Below the pieces are notes generated by a model that did no database searches, was not told where the DNA came from, and saw only the letters and a list, made by a program, of their open reading frames with translations. 64,000 nt of DNA. Source: Carcharhinus longimanus (taxonomy: Eukaryota). Each line of letters starts with the position of its first letter. The first letter of the stretch is position 1. Below, piece after piece: positions 37,107 through 48,965 of this stretch. Position numbers and translations under genes: made by a program. Location of the stretch: NCBI GenBank assembly GCA_030264375.1, contig JASCQW010000137.1, positions 36,192,071-36,256,070 on the forward strand, in the 5' to 3' direction.

Positions 37107-37425
37107 ATGGTTAGCACTGCTGCCTCATGGTGCCAGGGACCCAGGTTTGATTCCCAGCTTGGGTCACTGTCTGTGCGGAGTCTGCATGTTCTCTCCATGT
37201 CTGTGTGGGTTTCCTCCAGGTGCTCAGGTTTCCTCCCACATTCCAAAGATGTGCAGATTAGGTGGATTGACCATGCGCAATTGCTCCATAGTGTGCCACG
37301 GTGTATGTGTTAGAGGGATAAATATGTTGAGTTATGGGGGTAGGTCCTAGGGAGGATGCTCTGTCAAAGAGATGTTGCAGACTCAATGGACCGAATGGCT
37401 TCCTTCTTCGCTGAAGGGATTCTAT
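37107..37425 (+). mobile_element. tRNA-derived SINE
   Basis: Head, core and tail. Confidence 0.85.
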
Positions 37426-37489
37426 AATGTTGCGTTCAGATGGACACTACATAACCACTTGTACCTCATAAGGATGCTTCTGCTTTTTA

Positions 37490-37865
37490 TACTACAGACA
37501 TTTTCCCTCTCTTTGGCTTCTGCATCATGAATTTTTTTTGTAATTTAGTCTTTCCTGCCCTCCATTCCATCATACAGCTTCTCATTTGTCCTTCCTGTCC
37601 CCCTAGCCCCCTTCTACCTATTTAAAAACTCTTTCGTTTCAATCCTTGCACTGTTTGGATGAAAAGCCACCAATCCAAAACATAGGCTGGAATTCTCCTG
37701 TGTCATACATCCCGCTGCTGCTACCAGCGGGAATAGAGAATTCAGCGCTCAGCCAAATCTCCATTCACAGCAGCGGGATGGGAGAATCTCAGCCATCAAT
37801 TTTGTTTCTCTCCAAAGATGCTGCCTGACCTTCTGAGTATTTCCTGCATGTTTAGTTTTTATTTG
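37490..37865 (+). mobile_element. Penelope pLTR remnant with a nested ~110-bp MITE (37684-37794)
   Basis: ggatgaaaagccacc..aaaaca [ggctggaattctcc..ggagaatctcagcc] ..tctctccaaagatgctgcctgacc. Confidence 0.6.
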
Positions 37866-38149
37866 AGAAATTGAAAGGTCCCGTAGCTGACTAATGGAGA
37901 GCTACTCAATCAGGAAAAAAAGAATAATTCTGACTGTGCCAGGGACCCGAGTTCGATTCTCAGCTTGGATCCCTGTCTGTGTGGAGTTTGTACCTTCTCC
38001 ACTTGTGTGTGTGGGCTTCTTCTGCTTATGGTTCCAACTTTTGACTATTTAGGCCATAAGATTAGTTGCTAAATTGCAATTCTCTTCATGTTATGCTAGC
38101 TTCACATTTCAGGTGTGGGAAAACATTTGGGTAAGAGTGATGATTATAT

Positions 38150-39825
38150 CATAAGGTTTGGACTAACGATGCAAGAGAACAAGGAACAATCTAATATAGA
38201 ACGTCTAAACTGGGAGAGGGCTAAATTCATTGCAGTGAGATGACAGGGAAAAACTGAAATAGAACAATGGGTGATCTTTATAAGGAGCAAATGCTTCAGG
38301 TACAAGTTTGGTACATTCCAATAAAGGTGAAAAGTAAAAGGGCAAAAGCAGGGCTCCTTGACTGATGCTGAGATAGTGATTAGGGGCGGGATTTTACGGC
38401 CTTGCTTGGGCCGTAAATTCCCATAAGGTCAACGGAAATTTCCGTTGTCAGACCCTCGCCTGTGCCAATTCCAGGGTCGGCGAGGTGGTAGAACTTCAGC
38501 CTATGATGAAACTGAAAAGGATGCATCTCAGGTGGATTCTTGAATCAGGTCAACTCCAAAGAGTTGAGAGGAGAGGTGAAGACTATAAGACTGGCAAAGA
38601 GAGAGTATGAAAATGGAATGGCAGTCAATGTAAAAGGGAAACAAAAAATCTTCTACCAACATGTACATAGTCCAAAGATGTGCAGGTTAGGTTGATTGGC
38701 CATGCTAAGAAATTCCCCTTAGTGACCAGGGATGGGTAGGTTAGAGGGATTAGTGGATATAATATGTAGGGGGTAGTGCCTGGGTGGGATTTGTTCGGTG
38801 CAGGCTCGATGGGCCGAAGGGCCTCTTTCTGCACTGTAGGGTTCTATGGTTCTAGTAGGCAAGTAATAAGAGGTAGAACGGGTCCTATTAGGGACAAAGA
38901 GGTGCACAATAAGGCTAGAATACTTAAACAGTTCTTTCTGTCGGTGTTTACTAAACAAGAGGAATCTGAACGGTAGAAGTGGAGATAGTAGAGGCAATGG
39001 CTTGTGTAAAAATTGAAAAGGTGGTGGTATTGGAAAGGCTGGCTGCACTTAGGGGTACATAAGCGACTCCAGAGCCGCAGCAATGTGGCTGACTTTCAAC
39101 TGCCCTCCAGGATGACAATAAATGCTGGCCAGCCAGCAATGCCCGTATCCCACAAATGAATGAAAAAAATCTTTCAATCTTCCCTCAATATGGGGATGGT
39201 GCCAGAGGATTGGAGAGTGGAAAATTGACACCTTTACTCAAGGAAGGCTGTAAGGACAGTCAGTTAAGGACATTAAATTGCAGGCTAATTAGTTTAAAGT
39301 TTATTTATTTCTCACAAGTAAGGTTCACATTAACATTGCAATGAAGTTACTGTGAAATTCCCCAAGTCGCCACAGTCCGGTGCCTGTTCGGGTCAATGCA
39401 CCTAACTGGCACAGCTTTCAGAATGTGGGAGGAAACCAGAGCACCTGCAGGAAACCCACACAGACAGGGGGAGAACATGCAAACTCCATACAGACAGTGA
39501 CCCAAGCCGGGAACCCTAGCATTGCGAAACAGCGATGCTAACCACTGTGGTACCATGCCATCTGTCATCAGTGATGGGTAAAATTTTAGAATCCATAATC
39601 AAGGAAGAATGCAACAGGCAACTTGGAGAGATTTGAGTTAATTAATGAGGGCCAGGATGGATTTGTAAAAGACAGATAATGCCTGACTAATCAAATTGAT
39701 TCTTTTGACGAAGCAACGGAGAATTGATGAAGGAAATTCAGTGGATGTTGAATACATAGATTTTAAGAAACACTTGACAGGGTATCACATAAATGTGTGA
39801 TTAACAAAGTTGAGACATGTGGAAT
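38150..39825 (+). mobile_element. Old CR1 ORF2 fragment with nested MITE (38382-38502), SINEs (38670-38855 +, 39293-39560 -) and a LINE tail (39055-39170)
   Basis: LNWERAKF..NVKG/KIFYQHV..GPIRDKE..ARILKQFFLSVFTKQE..VPEDWR..MGKILESIIKE..GFVKDR.CLTNQIDSFDE..VDVEYIDF. Confidence 0.8.
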
Positions 39826-39827
39826 AA

Positions 39828-41195
39828 GAACCCAAAAGAGAAACTGCTGGAAAATCTCGGCAGGTCTGGCAGCATCTGTAAGGAGAGAAAAGAGCTGATG
39901 TTTTGAGTGCAGATGACCCTTCATCAAAGCTGTTTTTATCTGAGCATGCTGACACAATGGGCCTGCCAGGACGGTTCTTTTTGTGGATTTTCAGAAGTAG
40001 GTAGAAGCGGGCTGGCCAGAGTTGGGAGACTATGAGTCTTATGGAAGCTCTGGGGGGGAAGGCATCCGGAGGAACTGAGGTGGGTAATGGTGTTGGAGGT
40101 TGATATTCAGTGATGTGGTCATGGTCCAGGCTGCAGTAGGAGGAAGTATTTGAGAGTTGGCGCTCAGCCTCTGCGAGGTGGAGGTCAGTACACCAGACAA
40201 CAACAGCACCACCTTTGTTGATAGTTTTGATGACAAAATCTGGGTTGGAGCTGAGGGAGCGAAGGATGGAAAGTTCAGAAGGAGAGAGGTTGGACTGGGT
40301 GAGGGGGGCAGAAAAATTAAGTTGGCCAATGTCCTGTCAACAGTTCCCAAAGAAAAGATTGAGGGCAGGTAATTGTCCCAGTGGGGGTGTCCAATTGAAG
40401 TAGAATGATGGAGGCACCTGAAAGGATCTGTGGAACAACGGAGAGGGCTCTTGCCCAAAGAAGTCGGTACAGAGACAAAGACGATGAAAGAAGAATTCAA
40501 CATCATTTTGAGTCTAGAAATCATTGAGGTGGGGATGTAAGGGTACAAAGCTGAGTCCTTTGCTGAGAATACCATGCTCAATCTCAGAGAGGGGAAGGTC
40601 GGAGGGTATGGTGAACATGCAGCAAGGGCTGGGGTTGGAAGAGATGGGGTTTGAGGAATTGGGCTTGGTGGAGGGCCTGGGATGGGCAGTGGTGTTGATG
40701 AGTTGTTGAAGCTTGTGTTCCCTAACATCTGCAAGAAACAGGAAAAGTTTTTTGATTCGAATGATGGGGAGGATGAAATGAAACTGGGGATAGAGAGAAT
40801 AAGATGGTGCTGCTGGAGAGAAATGTTGAGTGTCTTCATCTGGCACCGCATGGCACTGAGTGTGGCTTTCAGGATGCAGCGAGAACAGTAGTTTGAAGGT
40901 TTTTTATAATCCTGGAGGTACCTGTAATCCTGGAGATTACATGCAGGATGGAATTTGAATTGAAATCCACATGGGGTAAGTCAGAGATGAAGACAGTCAC
41001 TGAGGAAGGAAATGTGGCTGTGGAAGTGAGTCTTGGTAAATACTTTGTAAATATCTGAGCTTTGATAAAGGGTCATCTGGACTCAAAACATCAGTTCTTT
41101 TCTCTCCTTACATATGTTGCCAGACCTGCTGAGATTTTCCAGCATTTTCTCTTTTGGTTTCAGATTCCAGCATCTACAGTAATTTGCTTTTATCC
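39828..41195 (-). mobile_element. Penelope-like retroelement, internally deleted ORF flanked by inverted pLTRs
   Basis: Minus strand reads FTIPSDLPLSEIEHGILSKGLSFVPLHPHLNDF..NPDFVIKTINKGGAVVVW..EAERQLS. 39828-39931 is the reverse complement of 41058-41160. Confidence 0.85.
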
Positions 41196-42057
41196 TAGCA
41201 CGGATCCCTGATTAACAATCAGAAAAAGACCCATTTATGCCAACTCTTTGCTTCCTATCTAGCCATCTCAAGACATTACCTGCAATCCTCTTTGCTTTAA
41301 CTTTACAGAATGTTAACTATTTTCTAATATCTCACACAATCACAACAGCACAGGTTGGATTAATGCAGGCTGGTTTGCTCACCGTTGAACAAATCTGTAT
41401 AAATTCTGACACATCTGAATTGCTAAGAAAATTAATATTCAATCAGCATGTGTTCAGCGCCTTACCCTCTGAAATGGGGTGCTAATGACGTACCCAAATC
41501 CCTGATGATCTTGGTGACCTTGGCAAGAAAGATGGACTGGATCGTTTGCCGATCATTTTGTGTTTGATCCTGAATAATGTAGCACTTGTGGCGGATGGGA
41601 TCTAAGGCTATGGGAAGAAAACTATTGCTTAATGAACTGGGCCATGATCGTGATGAATGGCGGAGCAGGTTCGGAGCTCTGAATAGCCTCCTCCTGCTGC
41701 TTTCTTCTATATTTGTATGTTCTTAATCCAGCCTTTGTTCTTTGTTCTTTGTTCTATCTCATCTACTGGTCATCCAAGAAACAACACTATAATCCATATG
41801 TGTTTAAGAAATGTCGATATTTTCCTGCAGGCTCCATGGAGCCTGGTTCATCCACTCACACCATCAGGAACAGCCTTTGAAGGTATCATTATTCACAGTC
41901 TTTTCGAAAGGTTTATCGAATTTGATCTGTGATTATTTTAGCCGTGCAGGTATGAAAGGATCCAGTTCTGAACATCAGTTTGTTCTCAGAAAACCCATCT
42001 CGTTTAGAGCACTAAGTTTTCCCTCAGTGCCTTTGGATTGGTAGGAATGGGAATGTG

Positions 42058-42594
42058 ATTTTGATTTGATTTGATTTATTATTGTCACATGTATTAATGT
42101 ACAGTTAAAAGTATTCTTTCTTGCACGCTATACAGGCAAAGACACAATTCATAGAGAAAGAAAGGAGAGAGTGCAAAATGTAATGATACATAGAAGATAG
42201 AACATTAAAGTGCAGTACAGGCCCTTTGGCCCTTGATGTTGTGCCAACCAGTGGAAACAATCTAATGACCCTCTAACCTAAACCATTCCAATATTATCCA
42301 TATGCCTATCCACTGTCCATTTGAACGCCCTTAAAGTTGGCGAGTCAACAGTCATAGCTAGAGTGTAGAGAAAGATCAACTCACCTTGCATTAAATAGAT
42401 TCAAAAGTCTGACAGTAGCAGGGAAGAAGCTGTTCTTGAGTCAACTGGTACGTGACCTCAGACTTTTGCATCTTTTTCCCGATGGAAGGAGGTGGAAGAG
42501 AGAATGCCCCGGGTGCATGGGGTCCTTAATTATGCTGGCTGCTTTGCCGAGGCAGCAGGAAGTGTGGACAGAGTCAATGGATGGGAGGCTGGTT
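42058..42594 (-). mobile_element. Rex1/Babar 3' fragment with a nested CR1 tail (~42190-42345)
   Basis: (tttga)n tail; SLPSIDSVHTSCCLGKAASIIKDPMHPGHSLFHLLPSGKR. Confidence 0.85.
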
Positions 42595-42899
42595 NNNNNN
42601 NNNNNNNNNNNNNNNNNNNNNNNNNNNNNNNNNNNNNNNNNNNNNNNNNNNNNNNNNNNNNNNNNNNNNNNNNNNNNNNNNNNNNNNNNNNNNNTCTCTC
42701 CAGTGCCGAAGGAGGCCATTCAACCCATTGAGTCTGCACCAACAACAATCCCACCCAGGCCCTATCCCTGCTTATTTACTCTGCTAACCCCTCTAACCTA
42801 TCACATCCTGGGATGCTAAGGTTTAATTTAGCATGGCCAATCAACCTAACCCGCACATCTTTGGATCTTTTATCTGTTGGATAAAAAAATATTGGTTTA

Positions 42900-44435
42900 A
42901 GGATGGATATTGATAAACAATGATAAACAGTTATTTTTCAGACTGGAGGGGGAAGGGGTGGAGTGGGATGAGACAGTGCTGCTCCCCAGATGTCTGTGCT
43001 CGAACTACTGCCGTTTTGCCACATATAAATGATTTGGATCTTGAAAAAAGGAATGCAATTTCGAAATCTGCCAATGACACCAAACTTGGGGGAATGGTAA
43101 AGATCAAGAATGATATGAATTGTCTTTAATAGGTGGCTAGCAGTATATGCTGATAAGTGGCAGATGGAACTTAATGCAGATTTAATGCATAGTTCTGGGA
43201 CTTGGAGCTGCACATGCATGGATCTTTGAAGGTGTCAGGATATACTGAGAGGATAGTTAACAAAGCATATGGAATCTTGGGTTTCATAAGTAGAAGATTG
43301 GCAGTGAACTCCTTGGAGTGGAATCACCCGTCGGATTGCTACCGGGAATTTACCTTCACTGGTATTCCAAAGCCTCTGGCAAATGGGGTTTAATGTGGGG
43401 AAATGTGAGGTCATGCATTTCAGTAGGAGGGATCAAAAGGCAGATTATTATCGAAATGGAGAGAGACTGGCAGTGAGTAAAGTACAAGGGGATCTAGGCG
43501 TTCTAGTACATAAATCACAAAAAGCCAGCAGATAGGTGGGACAAGTAATTAAGGAGGTAAAACACCATTTTGGCCTTCATTGCAAAGGGGCTGGAGTTTA
43601 AAAGTAGGAAGGTTTTGATTTGATTAGATTTGATTTATTATTGTCACATGTGTTAACATGCAGTGAAAAGTATTGTTTTTTGTGCGCTATATAGCCAAAG
43701 CATACTGTTCACAGAGAAGGAAATGAGAGAGTGCAGAATGTAGTATTACATCACAGCTAGGGTGTACTGAAAGATCAACTTAATGCAAGGTAGGTCCATT
43801 CAAAAGTCTGATGGCAGCAGGCAAGAAGCTTCTTGAGTCAGTTGGTACATGACCTCAGACTTGTTGCAAATATCCAGGGCGTTGTTGATGCCTCACACTA
43901 CATACAGTTTTGGTCCCCTTACCTTAAAAAGGTTATATTAACATTGGAGTCAGTCAAAGGGAGATTCACCAGGCTAATTCCTGGGATGAAAGGGTTGTCC
44001 AATCCAGAGAGACTAAATATTCCGGGATCTATATTCCTTGGAGTTCAGAAGAGTGAGGGGTGACTTTATTCAAACACATAAGATCTTGAGGGGACTTGAT
44101 GGTGGTGGGATGTTTTCACTAGTGGGAGAGTCTCGAACAAGGGCACATAGCTACAAGATAAAGGGCCAATCATTTAAAACTGAGGTGTATTGAAATTTCT
44201 ACTCGGTGGTAAATCTTTGGAATTCTCTGCTCGATAGGGTAGTGGAGGCTGGATCATGAGAAGTATTTAAATTGGAGGTGGATAATTATTTGATAGATCG
44301 AGGAATAGAGGCCTATGGGAAAATGGCTCAGAATAAGGGTTCAGAACGGCACAGATCAGCCATGATCATATTGAATGGTGGGGCAGGCTTGAAAGGTCTG
44401 GTGGCCAACTCCTGCTTCTATTTCCCGTGATATTG
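42900..44435 (+). mobile_element. CR1 LINE fragments with a nested MITE (~43315-43380) and a Rex1 3' end (43615-43862, -)
   Basis: INDLD..ISKSANDTKLGG; FNVGKCEVMHF; QFWSPYLKKVILTLESVKGRFTRLIPGMKGLS; CR1 3'UTR at 44350-44430. Confidence 0.85.
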
Positions 44436-45320
44436 TGGGCGAGATAATGCAAGAGGAGATTTCCTATCGGACAAGGTTTCTGTTACTTCCAAGTGGAAGT
44501 CAAAGGGTAATGCATGAAAAGTTTTTCAATTTCTTTTGTAATTGTATTTGTTAGGTGCCTGGATTGCAAATGCTGTTACACTGTACAGGCAATGGCTTCT
44601 ATTTAGATGGGGGCCTGCAGGAAATATAAAACCATGAGCCACCAACTTGTGTCTGTGTACGTAGAAAATCGAACTCACTGCATGCTTCCCAGGTTTAAAA
44701 TAATCAATGATTGTTTCATACATGTGGCCTAATCTAGTGTTTAAATGCCAGGCGCTTTTGCAATTGCTAGAATGAAAGAAAAATTGCAACACCGAGAACA
44801 GTTAAGTATCCATCGTCAAACATGACAGAGTAAGTGGAATTTTTATCAGCTACTATAATTCGGCTGGTTGTTAAATATGTCAGTGAAAGTGGCTGTACCA
44901 TAAACCAATAAAGATGATTGTTAAAATAAGCAGTAAAAATATTCTTTCTTCTGCTCCTTTATCCTCCAGCTGGCAGTGAGATCTGTATATTGGCCATTAA
45001 AGCTGTTTCAGATTGCCTGCTATGTGCACTGTGCCATATTCTAATCAGTTCCCCATCAAATTGGGGTATATGCTTGCTACTGGAGGATAAGAGGGTATAA
45101 TGGTCAATTCAGCTGTCAGCAATCTCGCCACTATGGCAATTTCCGGCCTATAGTAATTTCACCCCACTTAAACGTTGCCATTGTGCTGTTCTGCAAACTC
45201 TGCATCTTTTTATGCTTCACAGTTCTGGACAGAAATTTTCTATAATCATAGAATCATTTTGGGCATGCACTGACCTATATAGTGAAGCATTTAAAAAAAG
45301 TTAAATAAATTTAAGTTTCA

Positions 45321-45607
45321 GGGTGGCATGGTAGCACACTGGCTAGCACTGTGGCCTCACAGCCCCAGATGCCCAGGTTCAGTTCCCGGCTTGGGTCACT
45401 ATCTGTGCAGAATCTGTACATTCTTCCCCTGTCTGCGTGGATTTCCTCCGGTTTCCTCCCATAATCTGAATGACGTGCCAGTTAGGTGCGTTGGCCATGT
45501 TAAATTCTCCCTCAGTGTACATGAACACGCACTGGAGTATGATGTCTAGGATTTTCACAGTAACTACATTGCAGTGTTAATGTAAGCCAATTAATGAATG
45601 AACTTTA
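45321..45607 (+). mobile_element. tRNA-derived SINE, alternative-tail subfamily
   Basis: Head, core and tail. Confidence 0.9.
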
Positions 45608-45777
45608 AAAAAAACTTTTGTGAAGCAGTTAAATGAGTGTTCACAACGTCAGAAGATAATAGTAGATTATAATTTGACTCATGTTAATTTAACATCTAGA
45701 AAGCCTCCACAGATCTCTCTGTGCTGCGTACTTATTTCTTAAATTATTTTGGCCTCCACTACTCCATCTGAAAATGT

Positions 45778-46066
45778 TTTTTAAAATCCTTTCTGGGGAT
45801 GTGGGTGTAACTGGCTAAGCCAGCACTTATTGCCCATTCCTAATTGCCCATGAGAAGGTGGCGGTGAGCTGCCTTCCTGAACCACTCTTCCAGGATTTGA
45901 CCCAGCAACAGTGAAGGAACAGTGATATATTCCCAAGTCAGGACAGTGACTTGAAGGGGAACTTGTAGATGGTGGTGTTGCCATGAATCTACTGCCCTGC
46001 CCTTCTAGATGATAGAGATGGGGGTTTTAGAAGGTGCTGTCAAAGGAGCCTTGATGAGTTGCTGCA
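45778..46066 (-). mobile_element. Old LINE 3' end (CR1/L2 group, family uncertain)
   Basis: gggatgtgggtgtaactggctaagccagcacttattgcccattcctaattgccc..; related pieces at 29095-29215, 39055-39170, 51245-51322 and 52595-52657. Confidence 0.6.
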
Positions 46067-46947
46067 CTTGAAAGAGCATTTCCAATTGCTAATCAATCTT
46101 AGTATAAAGTATAGCTTCATAATATCTGTCTTAACATTTTTTTTATCATTTGAACATTGCCCAAATACGAAGTTTTAAAGTATTGCTTTAAATTAATAAT
46201 TTCTAAAAGCCAAAAGAAAGAGGTGGCCAGAAAGTTTCAGGGCCTTTGGCTGGTCATGTTCAAAGACGAATAAGGGGTAAATCAAAAAATGATTGAATCT
46301 TTTTCAAATTAAATGTTTAATTTTTTTATTAAAATTAATATTTGCATTCAATAAAAATTGTGGTCCTGGCAGACTCGATGGACTAAATGGCCTCCTTCTG
46401 CCCTATAAGGATTCTGGGATTCTAACTCTACCATCAGTCTTTGATTTCCCAGTTCCAATTCACAAACCACCAAGAAATAAGGCTTGTGAGGATCTTAATC
46501 AGTGGAAAAGCCTAAACTGATCACATGAGGGTCTTTGCAGATGAACCAACATGACAGATCTACCCATAGACATAGGAAAATTACTGAGAGGAAGTCTCCG
46601 AAAGAGTGAGGAAATTGGTCTCAAAGCAATTGAAAGGAAATGAAAGGCATTCCTGGAAGCTTGCTGCCCAGGAAATAAGATGCCCAGGACAAAATGGTAA
46701 TGCTGCCACCACACAGTTTTATTCCCTTGACGTTTTGGCCATGGTACCCACTTCTGATTCGTGCCCACCCCACCCACCTCTGGAAGTACCAAGGGAGGAT
46801 CAAATTACCCCTTGGCAATCAGGGTTAGATAGTCTACCCAGACTCAGGAATGAAATCAGCAATGGCAAGGGTCTGAAGGTTAACCATTGCCCATGAAACT
46901 ATTCCTGTGAGGAAAAAGGGAACATTTCAAAAATCCCCAAGAATACA

Positions 46948-47235
46948 CAAAGAGAACAAAGAAATTTACAGCACAGGAACAGGCTCTTCGGCCCTCTAAG
47001 CCTGCATTGACCATGCTGCCCATTTGAACCCTATCCTTCCGAGGACCATATCCCTCTATTCCCATCCTATTTATGTGTTTGTCAAGATGCCCCTTAAATG
47101 TCACTACCATATCTGCTTCCAGTAGCTCCCCCAGCAGTGAGTTCCAGACACCCTCTGTGTAAAAAGATTCATCTCTGGTAATTGCCCCCGAGTAATTGAC
47201 ACTTCCACCCTGGGAAAAAGCTATTGATTATCCAA
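46948..47235 (-). mobile_element. CR1 LINE 3' end
   Basis: Tail gaacaaagaaatttacagcacaggaacaggctcttcggccc; FKGHLDKHINRMGIEGYG. Confidence 0.85.
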
Positions 47236-48019
47236 TATGGATATTTGATAACTGTTAAGTTAACAGTAAGTGCTTAAAACCAGATGAGATATTACATTCT
47301 TCACATCAGCAGGAGAAACAACAGAGAGGAGTTATCCTTAAAGAAGTTAAATGTTGTGGGAGTTCTAAAAAAACAACTGAGAGCAAATGTCACCAATCCT
47401 GAAATCTCAGAAAAGCAGCTTTATAAACACCAGCATCGCAGCAGTCAACAAACAAATCAATACTTCCTCAGGTCATCTTTTGTCAACCTTTTCATGGTTT
47501 ATGGGGTACCGCGACAGGGGGAGAATATATTTTCCAAATTGTTAACATAATGAACACCAATTTAACTTTCACAAAATCACTTTGCCGAGCAGTTAGACAA
47601 AATGGAACCATTCGCTCGTTATTTCTGCCTCGTTAAGGTTACAGCTTTTGTGAAAGACCTCAGAGGGTTGATGCTAAAATTGGAAAATGTTCATGCAAAG
47701 AAAGAAAAATTACAGTCAGCAGGTAATTTCTTAGCTATGTGTCAAACATTCAAATTGTTCTACCTTGCCCAGTCGCAGAAAAACTCGGAACTTGATTATA
47801 TCCCTGCAAACTGTTACTGAGTTATTATCCTCAGTCCCATTGGAACTTGCAGTTACATTTCTCTCCCTGAAGTATAATTACACATTTGCAACTGAACTGC
47901 TTTGACCTGAATCAATTAAAGGATCCCTTTTGTTGGTCTGAGAAAGAATGGGCTGTTAAAAAAAGGTACAACAGCTCTTTCCACCTTAACCTAACTCAAC
48001 CTTGTCAGAAATGTTCAAC

Positions 48020-48965
48020 TATATTTATCAGTCACAAGTAAGGTTCACATTAACACTGCAATGAAGTTACTATGAAATTCCCCTAGTCGCCACACTCCAG
48101 CACCTGTTCGGGTCGCCGCATTGAACCAACATGTCTTTCAGATTGTGGAAGGAAACCGGAGCATCCGGAGGAAACCCACGCACACACGGGGAGAAGGTGC
48201 AAACTCCACACAGACAGTGACCCAAGCCAGGAAGCGAACCCAGGCCACTGGCACTGTGAGGCAGCAGTGCTAACCACTGTGCCAAGTGCCACCCACATTT
48301 AATCACAGAAGCTAACAGCATCATTGAGGAATTTATCGTTGCTTTGAGCAATTCTATAATCAACCACAATGTAAAACTGAAGAGGTTTAAACCTTTCCTT
48401 TGCTGAAAGACCAATTTCATGACATGACAAGGCTCTCGTTGTTACAGAGACAGTCTGAGCTTCAAACCATTCTGTAATTCCAGACACATTTCCCGAAATT
48501 GGCTTTAGAAAATTCCTGCAAGGGATGCAGAAAATGACGATGGGGAGGGAGGCTGGGGGAATTCCAAAAGTTACAAAGNNNNNNNNNNNNNNNNNNNNNN
48601 NNNNNNNNNNNNNNNNNNNNNNNNNNNNNNNNNNNNNNNNNNNNNNNNNNNNNNNNNNNNNNNNNNNNNNNNNNNNNNAATATATTGAGGGCGGCACGGT
48701 GGCACAGTGGTTAGTACTGCCGTCTCACAGCTCCAGGGACCACGTTCAATTCCGGCCTTGGGTGACTGTGTGAGTTCGCAAGTTCTCCCTGTGGGTTTCC
48801 TCTGGGTGCTCTGGTTTCCTCCCACACTCCAAAGATGTGCAGGTTTGGGTGACTGACCGTGCTAAATTGCCCTTTACTGCCCTAGGATGTGAAGGTTAGG
48901 GGGAGGTTGGTAAGATAAATACATGAAGTTATGGGGCTAGGAAGATCGGTGCAGACCTGATGAGC
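48020..48965. mobile_element. Two SINEs (48020-48292 -, 48688-48965 +) around an N gap
   Basis: Head and core motifs. Confidence 0.85.

Noticed and set aside
40039-40851. 270-aa minus-strand ORF as a host gene
   Set aside because: It is an off-frame reading of the decayed Penelope ORF.
48688-48770. SINE heads with A- and B-boxes read as tRNA genes
   Set aside because: They continue directly into SINE core and tail and lack a complete cloverleaf.
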